Assembly (NCBI GenBank): GCA_965644315.1 | Contig: CBFFRQ010000032.1 | Location: forward strand, 620,001 to 684,000 | Direction of reading: 5' to 3' | Length of the DNA stretch: 64,000 nucleotides | From: Caecitellus pseudoparvulus | Lineage: Eukaryota; Protista; Bigyra: Bicosoecida | In this document: in pieces, positions 34,415 through 45,420 of the stretch | Numbering within the stretch: position 1 is the first letter of the stretch | How the letters are laid out: every line of letters begins with the position of its first letter | Translations under genes and position numbers: made by a program | The notes under the pieces: generated by a model | Told to the model about the DNA's origin: nothing | Seen by the model: only the letters and a program-made list of their open reading frames with translations | Database searches by the model: none

Positions 34415-37400
34415 TCATGCATTGAACCTCCGCTGGATCTCAGTGTGCATGTCGCACAGCATGTCCACGTAGCTGCTGGCGCCGCCTGCTGCGTCCTCCA
34501 CGAGCGCCAAGGCGATCTTCGCTCGCATGTTCAGGTCCGACGGCACCACGACACGCACGGGCAGGAACGGCGTGCGCCACTTGCGACATTCACCAATCAT
34601 GTGCCACACGCGCTGGTTCAGGCCGGTCTCGAGGCGGGGCAGCTGCATGCCGGGTGGCAAGTCACTCGCAGGCCCAGCTGCATCCGGCCCGAACAGCTGC
34701 GACAGCAGCTCCTCCTCGCACGCCACACCCACGTACAGCCACAATGCACCACCGGCATCCAGAAGGTACACGCCTGTCTGCTTCAGTTTGGCTGCTGACG
34801 GGTACGTGGCGTCTGGCAGGGGCACGATGGAGGCCTTGTCCAGGGGCAGGCCAGTCTCCTCCAGCCCCGCCCCAATGCGCTGCGTGCCATCCATGACGGC
34901 AGCGGCCACCTTGTCATCAAATTCATCCAGCACTGTCCCATCAGCTGCATCCAGCTCATGCAGAGGGTACACTCGTCCATACAGCTTGAGCGCGATGTGG
35001 TCGGCGGGGCAATTCTGCAGGGCCAGGCACGCTGCCACCCGCTCGTCAGCGCGGGCCGTGACGCCGGCAAACGGGTTTCCTGGCGCACCTGTGCGCATGA
35101 CTGCTTGGGTGCCGGGGGTGGTCGGCGCCGGAGGGCTCACGGAGCCGCCCGTGGCCGCTGCGCTGAGTACTCGCTGCTTGTCGTTGTCCACGAATGCAGG
35201 GGACTTAAACAGACACGCCAAGAACAGCGGCAGTAGCTTGAGCGCATCGGGCAGGATGAGCTGAGCGGGCGCTGAGTGTGCCGCGCAGTTGCGGCGGTAG
35301 GACAGCAGCGACAGGACACAGCGCTCGGTGAGGTCAGTCCTGGCCTCGGCAGGCTGGCGCTTGCCTGCGAGGATGTCTCGAGCGCCCTGCCGGGCGACAG
35401 AGGCCAGGACAGCATCCCCGTCTACAGCCTTGAAGACATCCCCGATTTCCTCAGCCACGTGGATGGTGGTGTTGTGCACACGCACGCGGCGGGTGCCGTA
35501 CGCGGTGTTGTACAGCAGTGCCGCCTGGACGAAGACAATGTCCCCCTCATTCAGCGTGTGCCCATCATGCTCCAGCGTCACTTCCACGCTGGTGCCGGCA
35601 TCCACGACGGCAAAGTCGATTTCTGTCGGCGTCCGCTTGGAGAAGTTCCCGCTGTACTCCTTCACGCGCATGCCTCGGCTCACGCGCACCTTCATAACCG
35701 CGTTGAAGCCCATCTCCCGGCCCAGTCGCGCTCGTGTGCCCATCACAACAGCCTGCACAGCCTGCGCATCCTTGCAGGAGGGCAACTCGGCCACACAAGA
35801 GTACTCTCGATGAGTGGACGCCAAGCTTGTCGCAGTGCCTGCTCGTTGGCGGCTCTGGGCCGGGTCTGCTGCGGCACTTCCCCCCGTGGGGGGTCCACTC
35901 ATGGGCGGTCCGCCTGTCGGCGGTCCGCCTGTCGGCGGTCCGCCGCGAGGAGGTCCGCTGGTTGGAGGCCCACTGGTGGGCTGTCCCCCAGCCCCGGCGC
36001 TGGAGCCACGCCTTCCACGCACAGCGACGGCCGTGGCGACGTTGGTGTCGAAGGCAGGATGCACTTCTACAGACCCTCCCGTGCGTGAGGCGAGGATGGA
36101 AAGTAGAGGCAAGTCCACAGACCCCGAAGACAAAGCGAGAATGTCCACACCCACACTGGCGTCTACTGCCTTCTCAGCCAAGGCGAGGTAGAAGTCCGTC
36201 TCAGCCCCGGCCTGGGGCGTGTACAGTTCTGCCTCCTTGTCCCCGCCATATGCCCGCACGGTCTCCCGCTGCTTGGTACTGCCCACGCCAATGGTAGGCA
36301 GGGATGACGCAAAGACCGACACACGCCCACCCCCCAGCTCACCCACACCCTCAACAAGGGCAGTCAGCACGGCACCTGTGGCGGCAGACACGGTGGGCAC
36401 CGTGGTTGCGTGAGCAGCCAGCGCGTCCAGCGACTGCAGGATGCGCTCCCGGGCCACTGACCGGCGGGGAGCCCATACATCCGGGGGCAGTGGCACGAAT
36501 GGGTCGTCCAGGTCCGACACCACTGTCCACCCGACACCTTGGCTGCCACTGCCAGACGTAGACATGAAGTGCAGGCGAGTGTCGAAGCCCACGATGCCAA
36601 CCCGCACGATGTCCCCGCCCGGCAAGAAGTTCAAGCAGCCAGCAATGGCTTCCAGTGCCGCACGCGTGGCCCCTGAGATAATGGCCTGTGTCGTTGTCTC
36701 TACGGCGAACACAAAGATGGGGTCGGGAATGGTGTCCCCAGTCCAGTACGACTTGGGCGCGGCCAGCTCAATGCTACCCATGTTCAGCTCGACACGCTGC
36801 TCCCGATCGCGCCGGTTGCCAAAGCTGTCCAGGGAGCAGACATACCACTCTGGTGTATCGTTCAACTTACCACAGAAGTTGCACTCCCACTGCCGGCCGT
36901 GGGTCATCCACCCAGCGAAGGGGTTCAAGTACGCCAAGCACCGCGCGCAGCGGACAGGGCCAGCCTCGCCAAAGTCCACACATGACAGCGCACGCTCGCC
37001 GGCATCAACGCGAGGTCGAGCCAGGGGCGTCACATGCACGGTCATGGGCACCCCCACTTCGCTGGCCAGCTCAGCGTCAAAAGGCACGCGGCAAACAGTG
37101 CTGCGCATGAAGCGGGGCGTGGCATTGCCAGTGTCCACAGCCACGAAGTGGCGCAAGCCCGTCGGCGCGGCAACGATCCCTTCTCCCTGCGTCAGCCACT
37201 CGCTGGCATCTTCTGGCGTGTTCCACTGTGGACGCGGGACAGCCTCAGGGTCAATGCGGGGGGTCTGGGACGCAGGCTTGGACATCTGCGGTGTCAGTGC
37301 TTTCCCGGGCTGGCCAGCTGGGCCGAAACTTGTTGGTGGGGACCCCAACGCCCCTGCAGCCAGCGGAGGGGGTCGATCGACCCCCATGCCTGTCGGTGGA

Positions 37401-38068
37401 CCGCCCATGCCAGTTGGTGGCCCGCCCATGCCTGTCGGTGGACCGCCCATGCCAGTTGGCGGCCCACCCATACCTGTCGGTGGACCACCCATGCCTGTCG
37501 GTGGGCCACCCATACCTGTCGGTGGACCTCCCATGCCGGTTGGTGGACCACCCATGCTCGTTGGTGGCCCGCCCATGCCGGTTGGTGGACCACCCATGCT
37601 CGTTGGTGGCCCACCCATGCCTGTCGGTGGGGCGCCCATGCTGGTCGGTGGCCCACCCATGCCTGTCGGTGGGGCGCCCATGCTGGTCGGTGGACCGCCC
37701 ATGCCTGTCGGTGGCCCACCCATGCCGGTTGGTGGCCCACCCATGCCTGTCGGTGGGCCGCCCATGCCTGTAGGTGGACCGCCATGCGCCACAGATCCTG
37801 TGTTAGGGTTGTAGAATGAAGAGCCTCCCACAGGAGGTTTGGAAGGCTGTGGTGCTGGAGCACCAGCAGATTTTACAGGAGGAGGGGGGGCGAAGCCGCC
37901 GCTGGGCTGGGCGCCTCGAGCTGTCGGGGGTGTGGGGGCCGTCGTGCCAAGTGGAGGACCTGTGGGTGGACCTCCCGATGATGCTGCCTGAGAATTGGTC
38001 GGCTGGGATTGTGGAGGGAAAGGGGGAGGCGTCGGCACTGAGCCAGGCTGTCCCCACGGTGCTGCCAT
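34415..38068 (-). CDS. SEC24: COPII coat cargo adaptor Sec24 (SEC24C/D-like), intronless
   Basis: Pro-rich N-terminus, DTGNATPRFMRST and a zinc finger (PVRCARCLAYLNPF…WECNFC). vWA trunk, beta-barrel (GFNAVMKVRVSRG, VQAALLY…RRVRVH), helical domain (QLILPDALKLLPL) and gelsolin domain. Confidence 0.95.
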   Translation of the reverse strand: MAAPWGQPGSVPTPPPFPPQSQPTNSQAASSGGPPTGPPLGTTAPTPPTARGAQPSGGFAPPPPVKSAGAPAPQPSKPPVGGSSFYNPNTGSVAHGGPPTGMGGPPTGMGGPPTGMGGPPTGMGGPPTSMGAPPTGMGGPPTSMGAPPTGMGGPPTSMGGPPTGMGGPPTSMGGPPTGMGGPPTGMGGPPTGMGGPPTGMGGPPTGMGGPPTGMGGPPTGMGGPPTGMGVDRPPPLAAGALGSPPTSFGPAGQPGKALTPQMSKPASQTPRIDPEAVPRPQWNTPEDASEWLTQGEGIVAAPTGLRHFVAVDTGNATPRFMRSTVCRVPFDAELASEVGVPMTVHVTPLARPRVDAGERALSCVDFGEAGPVRCARCLAYLNPFAGWMTHGRQWECNFCGKLNDTPEWYVCSLDSFGNRRDREQRVELNMGSIELAAPKSYWTGDTIPDPIFVFAVETTTQAIISGATRAALEAIAGCLNFLPGGDIVRVGIVGFDTRLHFMSTSGSGSQGVGWTVVSDLDDPFVPLPPDVWAPRRSVARERILQSLDALAAHATTVPTVSAATGAVLTALVEGVGELGGGRVSVFASSLPTIGVGSTKQRETVRAYGGDKEAELYTPQAGAETDFYLALAEKAVDASVGVDILALSSGSVDLPLLSILASRTGGSVEVHPAFDTNVATAVAVRGRRGSSAGAGGQPTSGPPTSGPPRGGPPTGGPPTGGPPMSGPPTGGSAAADPAQSRQRAGTATSLASTHREYSCVAELPSCKDAQAVQAVVMGTRARLGREMGFNAVMKVRVSRGMRVKEYSGNFSKRTPTEIDFAVVDAGTSVEVTLEHDGHTLNEGDIVFVQAALLYNTAYGTRRVRVHNTTIHVAEEIGDVFKAVDGDAVLASVARQGARDILAGKRQPAEARTDLTERCVLSLLSYRRNCAAHSAPAQLILPDALKLLPLFLACLFKSPAFVDNDKQRVLSAAATGGSVSPPAPTTPGTQAVMRTGAPGNPFAGVTARADERVAACLALQNCPADHIALKLYGRVYPLHELDAADGTVLDEFDDKVAAAVMDGTQRIGAGLEETGLPLDKASIVPLPDATYPSAAKLKQTGVYLLDAGGALWLYVGVACEEELLSQLFGPDAAGPASDLPPGMQLPRLETGLNQRVWHMIGECRKWRTPFLPVRVVVPSDLNMRAKIALALVEDAAGGASSYVDMLCDMHTEIQRRFNA
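35881..35990 (-). repeat. Coding 15-nt imperfect tandem repeat ([SG]GPP[TRM]) inside Sec24
   Basis: Translation GQPTSGPPTSGPPRGGPPTGGPPTGGPPMSGPPTGG; ggcggtccgcctgtc is repeated in the DNA. Confidence 0.85.
37385..37783 (-). repeat. Coding tandem repeat: 19 x 21 nt encoding G[GA]PPT[GS]M in the Sec24 N-terminus
   Basis: Units such as cccatgcctgtcggtggaccg recur with mostly synonymous variation; 19 heptapeptides counted in the translation. Confidence 0.95.
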
Positions 38069-38480
38069 GGTGCTATTTCCGCAGGGAGTGAATCAGTTGG
38101 TGGATGGCCACTTATAGAATGGCGCCAAGCAAAAGAAACGCAGGCAAAGACGGGCTTCCTAACTTTGCAGTTTCAACGAGCTTCCCTGGGTGTGTGCTTG
38201 AGGCCAGAGGGAGTGCTGGCGGTGAAGTGCGAAGCGCTGCGGAACTTTGCGTCGCGCTCCCACGTGGCTCACTGCCAGCTGCAGTGGCCTCGTGTGCGAT
38301 GAAGCAGGCACTGCAAACCTTGCTGCAGGCCCTACTGAGGGGGATATCGTTTTGAAAAGTGCTGGTCTGGGTAGGCCCATCGATGCAGCGTGCTCAGGCC
38401 AAGTCGCTGAACTGAAGGCGAGAAGGAATGCTGGTGCCAGCAATGAAGCGTAGTCAAGTGCATTGCCATGCCCCCTCACA

Positions 38481-41116
38481 CTACTCAGTGAGGCGGGAGA
38501 CGAAAAGCGGGCCAAGAACCAGGATGGTGGTGGACAGCAGCTTGATGACGACGTGCAGGCTGGGCCCCGCCGTGTCCTTGAACGGGTCGCCAACTGTGTC
38601 CCCTGTGACGCTGGCCTTGTGCGCTTCGCTGCCCTTGCCGCCGTGGTTGCCCATTTCGATGTACTTCTTGGCGTTGTCCCACGCGCCGCCGACATTGTCC
38701 AGGAACAGCGCCATGAGGATGCCTGCCACGGTGCCGAACATGAGGAAGGCAGAGAGCACCTCTGCCCCCAGCAGCGGGCGGCCAGTGGCCTCCCCCACCA
38801 TGCGGAAGACGATGCCCACTGCCACAGGCATGCCCACTGCGAGGAGGCCAGGCAGGCGCATCTCTCGCAGGGCGGCCGCCGTGACGATGCTGACGCAGGC
38901 CTTGTACTTGGGGCGTTCCTTCCAGTCCATGATGCCTGGGTGTTCCCGGAACTGCCGGCGTACTTCGTGCACCACCTCCATGGCAGTGCGCCCGACGGCA
39001 GACACGGAGAGGCCGACGAAGAAGAACACCATCATGACGCCCAGCAGGCCGCCAATGAGCACCTCTGGCGTGGTGATGTCCACGGAGTCGAAGGCTCGCC
39101 CAGCAAAGGCGGAGAACTCGTCCAGCAGCGCGCCGAAGAGCAGGAAACACGCCATGGCCGCAGAGCCAATGCTGTACCCTTTCGTGATGGCCTTCGTGAC
39201 GTTGCCTGCGGCATCCAGGCGGTCTGTCGCGTCACGCACCGACTCTGGCTGCTGCGACATCTCCACAATGCCCCCAGCGTTGTCAGCCACTGGTCCGAAG
39301 TTGTTCATGGCCAGCACATACCCAGCCGAGCTCAGCATGCCCATGGTGGCAACAGCCGTCCCGAACAGGCCTGCAGAATTGCCCTGCCCGATGCCACTGC
39401 TGCGGCCCAGCCAGTACGCCGCAATGACAGCGATGCTGACGGCGAGGACAGGCACGACTGTGGACTGCATGCCCATGGCCACCCCCGTGATGATGTTGGT
39501 GCCGTGGCCTGTCGTGCTGGCGGCGGCGATGTTCTTCACCGGCGCATAGGCGTAGTCTGTGAAGTACTGTGTAGACAGGACGAAGATGTAGGAGGTGCAC
39601 ATGCCGATGATGCCGCAGCCGAAGAAGTTGAACCATGCCCACGGCGCCACCTCTGTGTACAGCAGCCAGCGTGTGGCGATGGCGAAGCCCACGACAGCCA
39701 GCGCCAGCGCCACGGTGTAGCCCCGCTGCAGCACTGCCATGGGGTTGCCGGTGGCGTCACCGGGGCGGGCCCGCGTGCCGTCGCCCACCGCCAGCACCCC
39801 AGCCGAGGACACGACGATGTCGAAGGCGTGGATGACAACAGGGAAGAAGATGAAGGCAGAGGGGGACTCCAGGCCGCCTTCACGGGCCAGCGTGCCGCCC
39901 AGGATCATGGCGCCAATGATCTCTGCCGCCACAGACTCGAAGATGTCCGCGGAGGAACCGACGCAGTCGCCCACCATGTCCCCCACCAGGTCAGCGATGA
40001 CGGCAGGGTTGCGGGGGTCATCCTCGGGGATGCCAGCCTCGATCTTGCCCACCATGTCCGCGCCCACATCCGCTGCCTTGGTGTACACGCCGCCGCCCAG
40101 CTGCATGAAGAGCGCCACGAAGGAGGCACCGAAGCCGTAGCCGACAATGAGCAGGGGGATGTCTGTGGCAGGCACCGTGCCAGGCAGGGCGGGGGAGCCC
40201 GCGGCGGGGACGAAGAACAGGTACATGACAGCGTGCAGCAGCGTGACCCCCACCACGCACATGGCGATGACGAGGACGGCGGAGAAGGCGCCGCCCCGAA
40301 AGCAGATGATGAGGGACTCCATGTAGCTGCGCCGGGCAGCAGAGGCCACCCGGATGTTGGCTTGCGCAGACACCCACATGGACACGTAGCCTGCAATGGC
40401 GGAGCAGACGGCGCCCAGGATGAACGAGAGGGTGCCTATTGCACCCAGGACGTTGGAGCCCAGGGAGTCGATGCCTGTGCCCATGTGGTCTGGGCGCAGC
40501 TTGTACGAGAGGAAGATGAGGATGGCCACCACCACTGCCAGCTGGGCGATGGCGCGGTATTGGACTCGCAGGAAGCCTGCGCACCAGGGCATGAGCGTGT
40601 GCGCCAGAGCGCTCCACGTGGACAGGCGCTCAGCTACACACCTTCGGACCCCTCGCGAACAGGGTCAGCGATGGCTCGCATTTCAGGAGTGCCATCGTCT
40701 TTGGACAGTACCCAGCTGCGCAGGGGCAGGCAGGCATGCGTGGCGGCCAGGGGCAAGTGCGGTGTGCGCGCTCAAGTCCCGCATTTCGCCGGCCACCCCT
40801 ATTGCGGCACAGCGACGTACTCGGATAGGTACTTGGCAAAGATCAGACCACACGCGCAAATGGCCAGCACGACGATCATGTATGCTTGCTCCCCGGCGAA
40901 GAAACTCAGCAGGAGGCCACCAGCCATGACTGCTCCCATGGGCTGTGCCATGCGGGAGAGGGGGGAAGCCCGCACACCCTTGATGCGGCGTTGGCTGGGC
41001 CCCATGGGGCTGGGCGGGACAGAGAAAGACTTGGGAGCATCTTGCTGTGCAGATGTGCCCGGCCCTGCGCCGCCTTCCAAGTCAGGCACTTCCCCGGCTC
41101 CTGGCCGACGCAACAT
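38481..41116 (-). CDS. AVP2: Membrane H+-translocating pyrophosphatase, K+-independent type II (2 introns; start 41116 or 40951)
   Basis: GGGVYTKAADVGADMVGKIEAGIPEDDPRNPAVIADLVGDMVGD, FGPVADNAGGIVEMS, LDAAGNVTKAITKG (Lys at the K+-independence site), GGAWDNAKKYIE and GDTVGDPFKDTAGP. Confidence 0.95.
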
Positions 41117-41350
41117 GCTGTGGTGGTGCCGGCGTGGTCAGGGAATCACTGCGAGCGAGCGTTCACTCGTGGGCCTGCATTCAAGGCGGCAACGGTGCCA
41201 CTACACTGTCGCGTGTGGGCTCCTCATGCTGGCAGGGGGCACTCGGCGGTGCAGGTTGGCGCAGCGGCGAATTGTCGGATTTTGCGGCGAGGCGGGGAGT
41301 GACCTGGCGCAGCGGGGCACCGCACCAGCCCCTCCCGCGCGCAAGCTCGC

Positions 41351-42958
41351 TCAAACGGCAGAAGCCAAGTGTGCCTGTTCCTGGCGCTGCAGGGCGATGT
41401 CTGCAGCGAAGTCCAGCACCGCCTGCAGCTCCACCAAGCCCTCGCCAGCCTGCCCTGCGCCAACGGCGGCAGAGAGCACTGCCCGCACAGTGCCGTCGTC
41501 GAAGCCCATCTCCTGGGACAGCATGGACGCCACCTCCCCCGTGTAGGCGGCGCCGGTGGTGTCCACCTCCAGCTCTGTCAGGCGGTCTGCCAGGGTCTTG
41601 ACCCACTCCCCCACCGCCAGGCCACCCAGCGTCTGCATCTCGTCGCTGTCCCGGTACTGCCGCAGGGCCACGGAGGCCTCCGCTGACAGCTGCACCGCCA
41701 CCATGGCGGAGATGATGCTGGCTGCCCGGTCCACGAAGGGGCCGTACTCCAGCGTCCCGTCGTCGTCCACGCTGGCCTCCGCCAGCAGGGCGTGGGTCTG
41801 CACGGTGGTCAGGCCCAGGTCCGCCCCCCGCAGCGCGTGGTGCAGGTGCTCCAGGGACAGCCGACCAGTGCCCTCGGGGTCTGCCGCCTGGCAGTGTGCC
41901 AGGAGGAAGTCCCGCATGTCGGCCTCCTCCCTGGGCAGGCGCGCATGCTCGAACTGGGCCGCCACCATCTCCAGCAGCACCTCCACGCACACGGGCTCGA
42001 ACTCGGAGTACGAGATCTGCCCGTCGTGGTCCTCGTCCGCCTCCATCAGGATGGCGTTGATTTCCCGCCGCGTCAGGCCCAGGGAGCTGCCTCGCAGCGC
42101 GTCCTCAAACTCGGTCCGCGACAGCGTGCCGCTGCCGTCCTTGTCCGCCGTCGTGAACATGTCACGCAGGGTGTCCTGCAGCTGCTCCTTGGTCAGCCCG
42201 TGGAAGAGGAAGGCCTCAGCCTGCTGCGTCGCGGCCTCCTTGCGCTCCTCCTGCTGCTCGTCGTGGCGGCGGGCAGCCTGCAGCGTCTCCAGTAGGTCCA
42301 CTGCCAGGGGCACGAATTCCATGTAGTCGATGCGCCCATCCCCATCAGTGTCGGCTTCCGCCAGCAGCAGACGGGTGTCCATCAGCGGGATGTCCAGCTT
42401 GTTGCAGAAGGCCTCGATCACCTGCAGGGGCGGGGGTGCGCGTGAGCAGGTGCGGTTTTTGGACCTGCGCGACCCGACATCGGCCTCCCCCAACGCCCAC
42501 CACGCACCGACTTGAACTCCTTACGGTCCAACACGCCGTTGCCATCCTTGTCAGCATCCTGGAAAATCGCCCGGATGCGCTCTTCCATCTCCTCGGGCGA
42601 CAGGAAGTGGGGGTCTGCCCCGCCGCCAACTGCGCAGGGGGACAAAGTGCGGCGGCGGATGCGGCGGTCCATCGACTCTGCCTGCTGGCAGAGGAGACAG
42701 CCACACACCTGCCGATGAAGCATCGCCAAAGTAACGCGCTCCAAACTCCAGGATCCATGCCTCTGCGCCGTGCACGAGTGAGGGGCCGTGGCTTGCTGGC
42801 CTGTGCAAGCAATTTCCGCCGTGCTCAGCCCAGCACCCACCTGGGTCTGCGGGCGCCTCATCCTTAGGGTAGTTGCGCAGCACCTCGCGTGCGAAGTCCT
42901 TCAGCACTTGAGGGAATTCGGGGGGGATGGCCATGCGGCTCGCGTACGCCGAAGCCAT
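41351..42958 (-). CDS. RIIa dimerisation/docking domain + multiple EF-hand protein (radial spoke protein RSP7-like; 3 introns)
   Basis: IPPEFPQVLKDFAREVLRNYP…ILEFGARYF is an RIIa D/D domain. EF loops are DADKDGNGVLDRKEF, EADTDGDGRIDYMEF, TADKDGSGTLSRTEF and EADEDHDGQISYSEF, plus a degenerate pair. Confidence 0.8.
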
Positions 42959-43142
42959 GCCTGGCAGCTCGTGAGTCGGCCAAGCGACGGTCAGGTGCCA
43001 AACAATCGCTGCTGCACAATAGAGCAGCACAACTGGCAGCGGCTCAGGTGAATGTCGCGTTCTTGGACGCACGCTTCCGGTGCAGGGTGTGTGTCTGGCG
43101 TGGTTTTTGAGGGGCGACCTCAGTCTGCGCAGGCTGACCATC

Positions 43143-43772
43143 ATGGCCGCAGGGCATGCCGAAGGCGCATCCCCGTTCACTGTGCGAAGTTCAACGGAGA
43201 AAGATGTTGCCAGCATTATGAGCGTGGTGAATGCAGCGTACTCCGTCGAGAAGGACCCCGGGTCTGGTGAGGGAGCTCTTACGCAGTGCAGAGTGGTCTG
43301 AGCACCAATTTCCGCTCCCCACGCAGGCGTTTCCTTCAAGACTGGAGATCGGTTCACGGAGGAGAGCGAAGTAGAAGCCTTCACGTCCGACAATCGATGC
43401 CTCGTGGCCGTATTGGACGGGGCTGTTGTCGGCTGCATTTGCTGGGATGCCTTGTCTCGTGACGCCTCCGGTGCTTGTGTCGGAGAGTTCGGCCCGCTGG
43501 CCGTCTCACCGGCCGCTCGCGGCAAGGGCATTGCACGAGCCCTCGTGAGGGCGGTGGAAGATGTCTTCCTCTCAGGCGGCGCCAGCGCCTCGCAGCTCAG
43601 CATCGTGGACTGCAGGACGGACCTGCCGCCCTTCTACGCCAAGCTGGGGTACACCGAGACCGACCGGGTGCCAGTGGACGCGTCCCTGCCCCAGTACCGC
43701 CTGGCCATGGCCAATTTGACGCGCCCCATTGCATTCGTCAAGTACGCCAAGTCCCTGTCCAGCGAAGCCTAG
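43143..43772 (+). CDS. GNAT-family N-acetyltransferase (1 intron)
   Basis: DVASIMSVVNAAY, motif A FGPLAVSPAARGKGIARALV and motif B RTDLPPFYAKLGY. Confidence 0.9.
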
Positions 43773-43793
43773 CAGCCCCCTGACCGCCCGAAC

Positions 43794-45220
43794 TCAGTAC
43801 TGCCCCCATGCCTTGTCAGCAGACACCTCGGCACCGTGTGCGATGCGCTGGAAGGCAGAGAGCACATTCAGCAGCTGCAGCTCCTCATCGGCGCGGTCGG
43901 CAAGGTTCTTCTCGGCAACGGCCAGCTTCTCAGCCATGCGCGCCTTCTGCACATCGGAGAGGGAGTCGTCCCGCGCCAGCCCGCGCAGGAGGGAGGCCAG
44001 GACGTTGGAGATGGGGTAGCCCTCTTGCAAGATGCGCTTGGTGCTGCCCACGACGGCCTTGTGCCCCCCTGCCCCCTTCACGCTGGCCCACACGGTGGCG
44101 GCGGCACGTGGGGGGAAGGCTCCCGCGATCTCCAGCACACTGTCGGCGTTGAGGCCGCTGCCGTACAGCTGGTGCCCCGACTGCAAATACATGATGGCCT
44201 TGCGCAGGTCACCGCCGCTGGTGTCCAGCAGAGCCTCCAGCGTGGCGTCGTCAGCCACCACGCCCTCGGCCTCTGCCACTGTCTTCAAGCGAGCTCTGTA
44301 GGGTGGGGGAGAAGGGGGGGCGTGTAGGCGCCTTGTGCGCAGCAGGGCCGCACAGGCATCAAGCCACGCACTTCATGCTCTCCGCTGACAGGGGTTTGAA
44401 CCGGAACTTGGCACAGCGGGATGCAAGGGGGTCGATGATGCGCGACACGTAGTTGCAGATGATGCAGAAGCGCGTGACCTTGGCATGCGCCTCCATGGTG
44501 CGGCGCAGCGCCGCCTGCGCGTCGGCCGTCAGGCTGTCTGCTTCATCCAGAATAATGAGTTTGAAGGGCGGCATGCCGGCGCTGAGCGTGGCGGTGGGAG
44601 GTGGTGGCCGCTGTGGCGGGGAATCGGGCAGGCGCCGGCACGCACGAGTGAGAGACAGCGGTGCCCGCAAAGGCCTTGACGGAGTCTCGGACAACAGAAA
44701 TGCCACGCTCATCTGACGCGTTCAGCTCCTTCGTGCGCTCGCGCCACTTCTCGGGTCTGCACAGGCTCGAGCGCGGAGGCGTGACGCGTGTTGCTGGGCT
44801 GCAGCACGCACGGGTCGACGCACCCGAACAGCTCCCGTGCTGCAGCCAAAATGGTGGACGTCTTGCCCGTGCCAGGGGGGCCATAGAAGAGCAAGTGCGG
44901 GAGCTGTGCGGGGGCAGGAGTGAAGGTGAGCCAGGGCGTGGCACCAACCCAAAGCGCGGAACAGGCAGCGGCGCTGAGCTTACGTTCCCAGTCTCGATGG
45001 AGTTCTTCAGTGTACTGATGACCTCGTCTTGGTACGAGACTTCATCCACAGTCTTCGGGCGGCTGGCAGGGGCGGGGGCAGTGCGGGGTGGCAAGGTGTG
45101 CGCAAACGCCTTTGAAACGCGGAGCCCTCACTATTTCTCCACCCAGGGGCGCAAGGCAGAGCCTGACGCCGCAGCAGCAACAGGCGCTGCACTGCCATCA
45201 CCAGTTGTTGCCAGCGCCAT
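43794..45220 (-). CDS. RFC4: Replication factor C small subunit (human RFC4 / yeast Rfc2 type; several introns)
   Basis: PWVEK(Y)[85 protein letters not shown] and SGGDLRKAI. Confidence 0.95.
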
Positions 45221-45420
45221 GTTCCTGATGAGGGGCGCGTGACGTGCGGGTGAGACTGGCCAGCTCCCGGCCAGTAGCACGCAAGACAGCCGAGGCTCGC
45301 TGCGGCACGGGTGGCAGAGTGTGGGAGGCAGTCTGGTCTTCTGCGTACGGGGAGAGATATGTGGGACACGCCTTTTGGCTGACCGCAGTGTGCGCTTGCA
45401 TTGGAAGGTGCCACCCCAGC

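Noticed and set aside
36441-37819. Plus-strand ORFs with PMPVGGP, HACRW and CLSV repeats; possible CRISPR-like array
   Set aside because: These are alternative readings of the Sec24 coding repeat. Units are contiguous with no unique spacers, and there are no cas genes.
38463-41546. 1027-aa plus-strand ORF
   Set aside because: It is the antisense shadow of the H+-PPase gene. High GC3 removes stops on the opposite strand, and no domain is recognisable.
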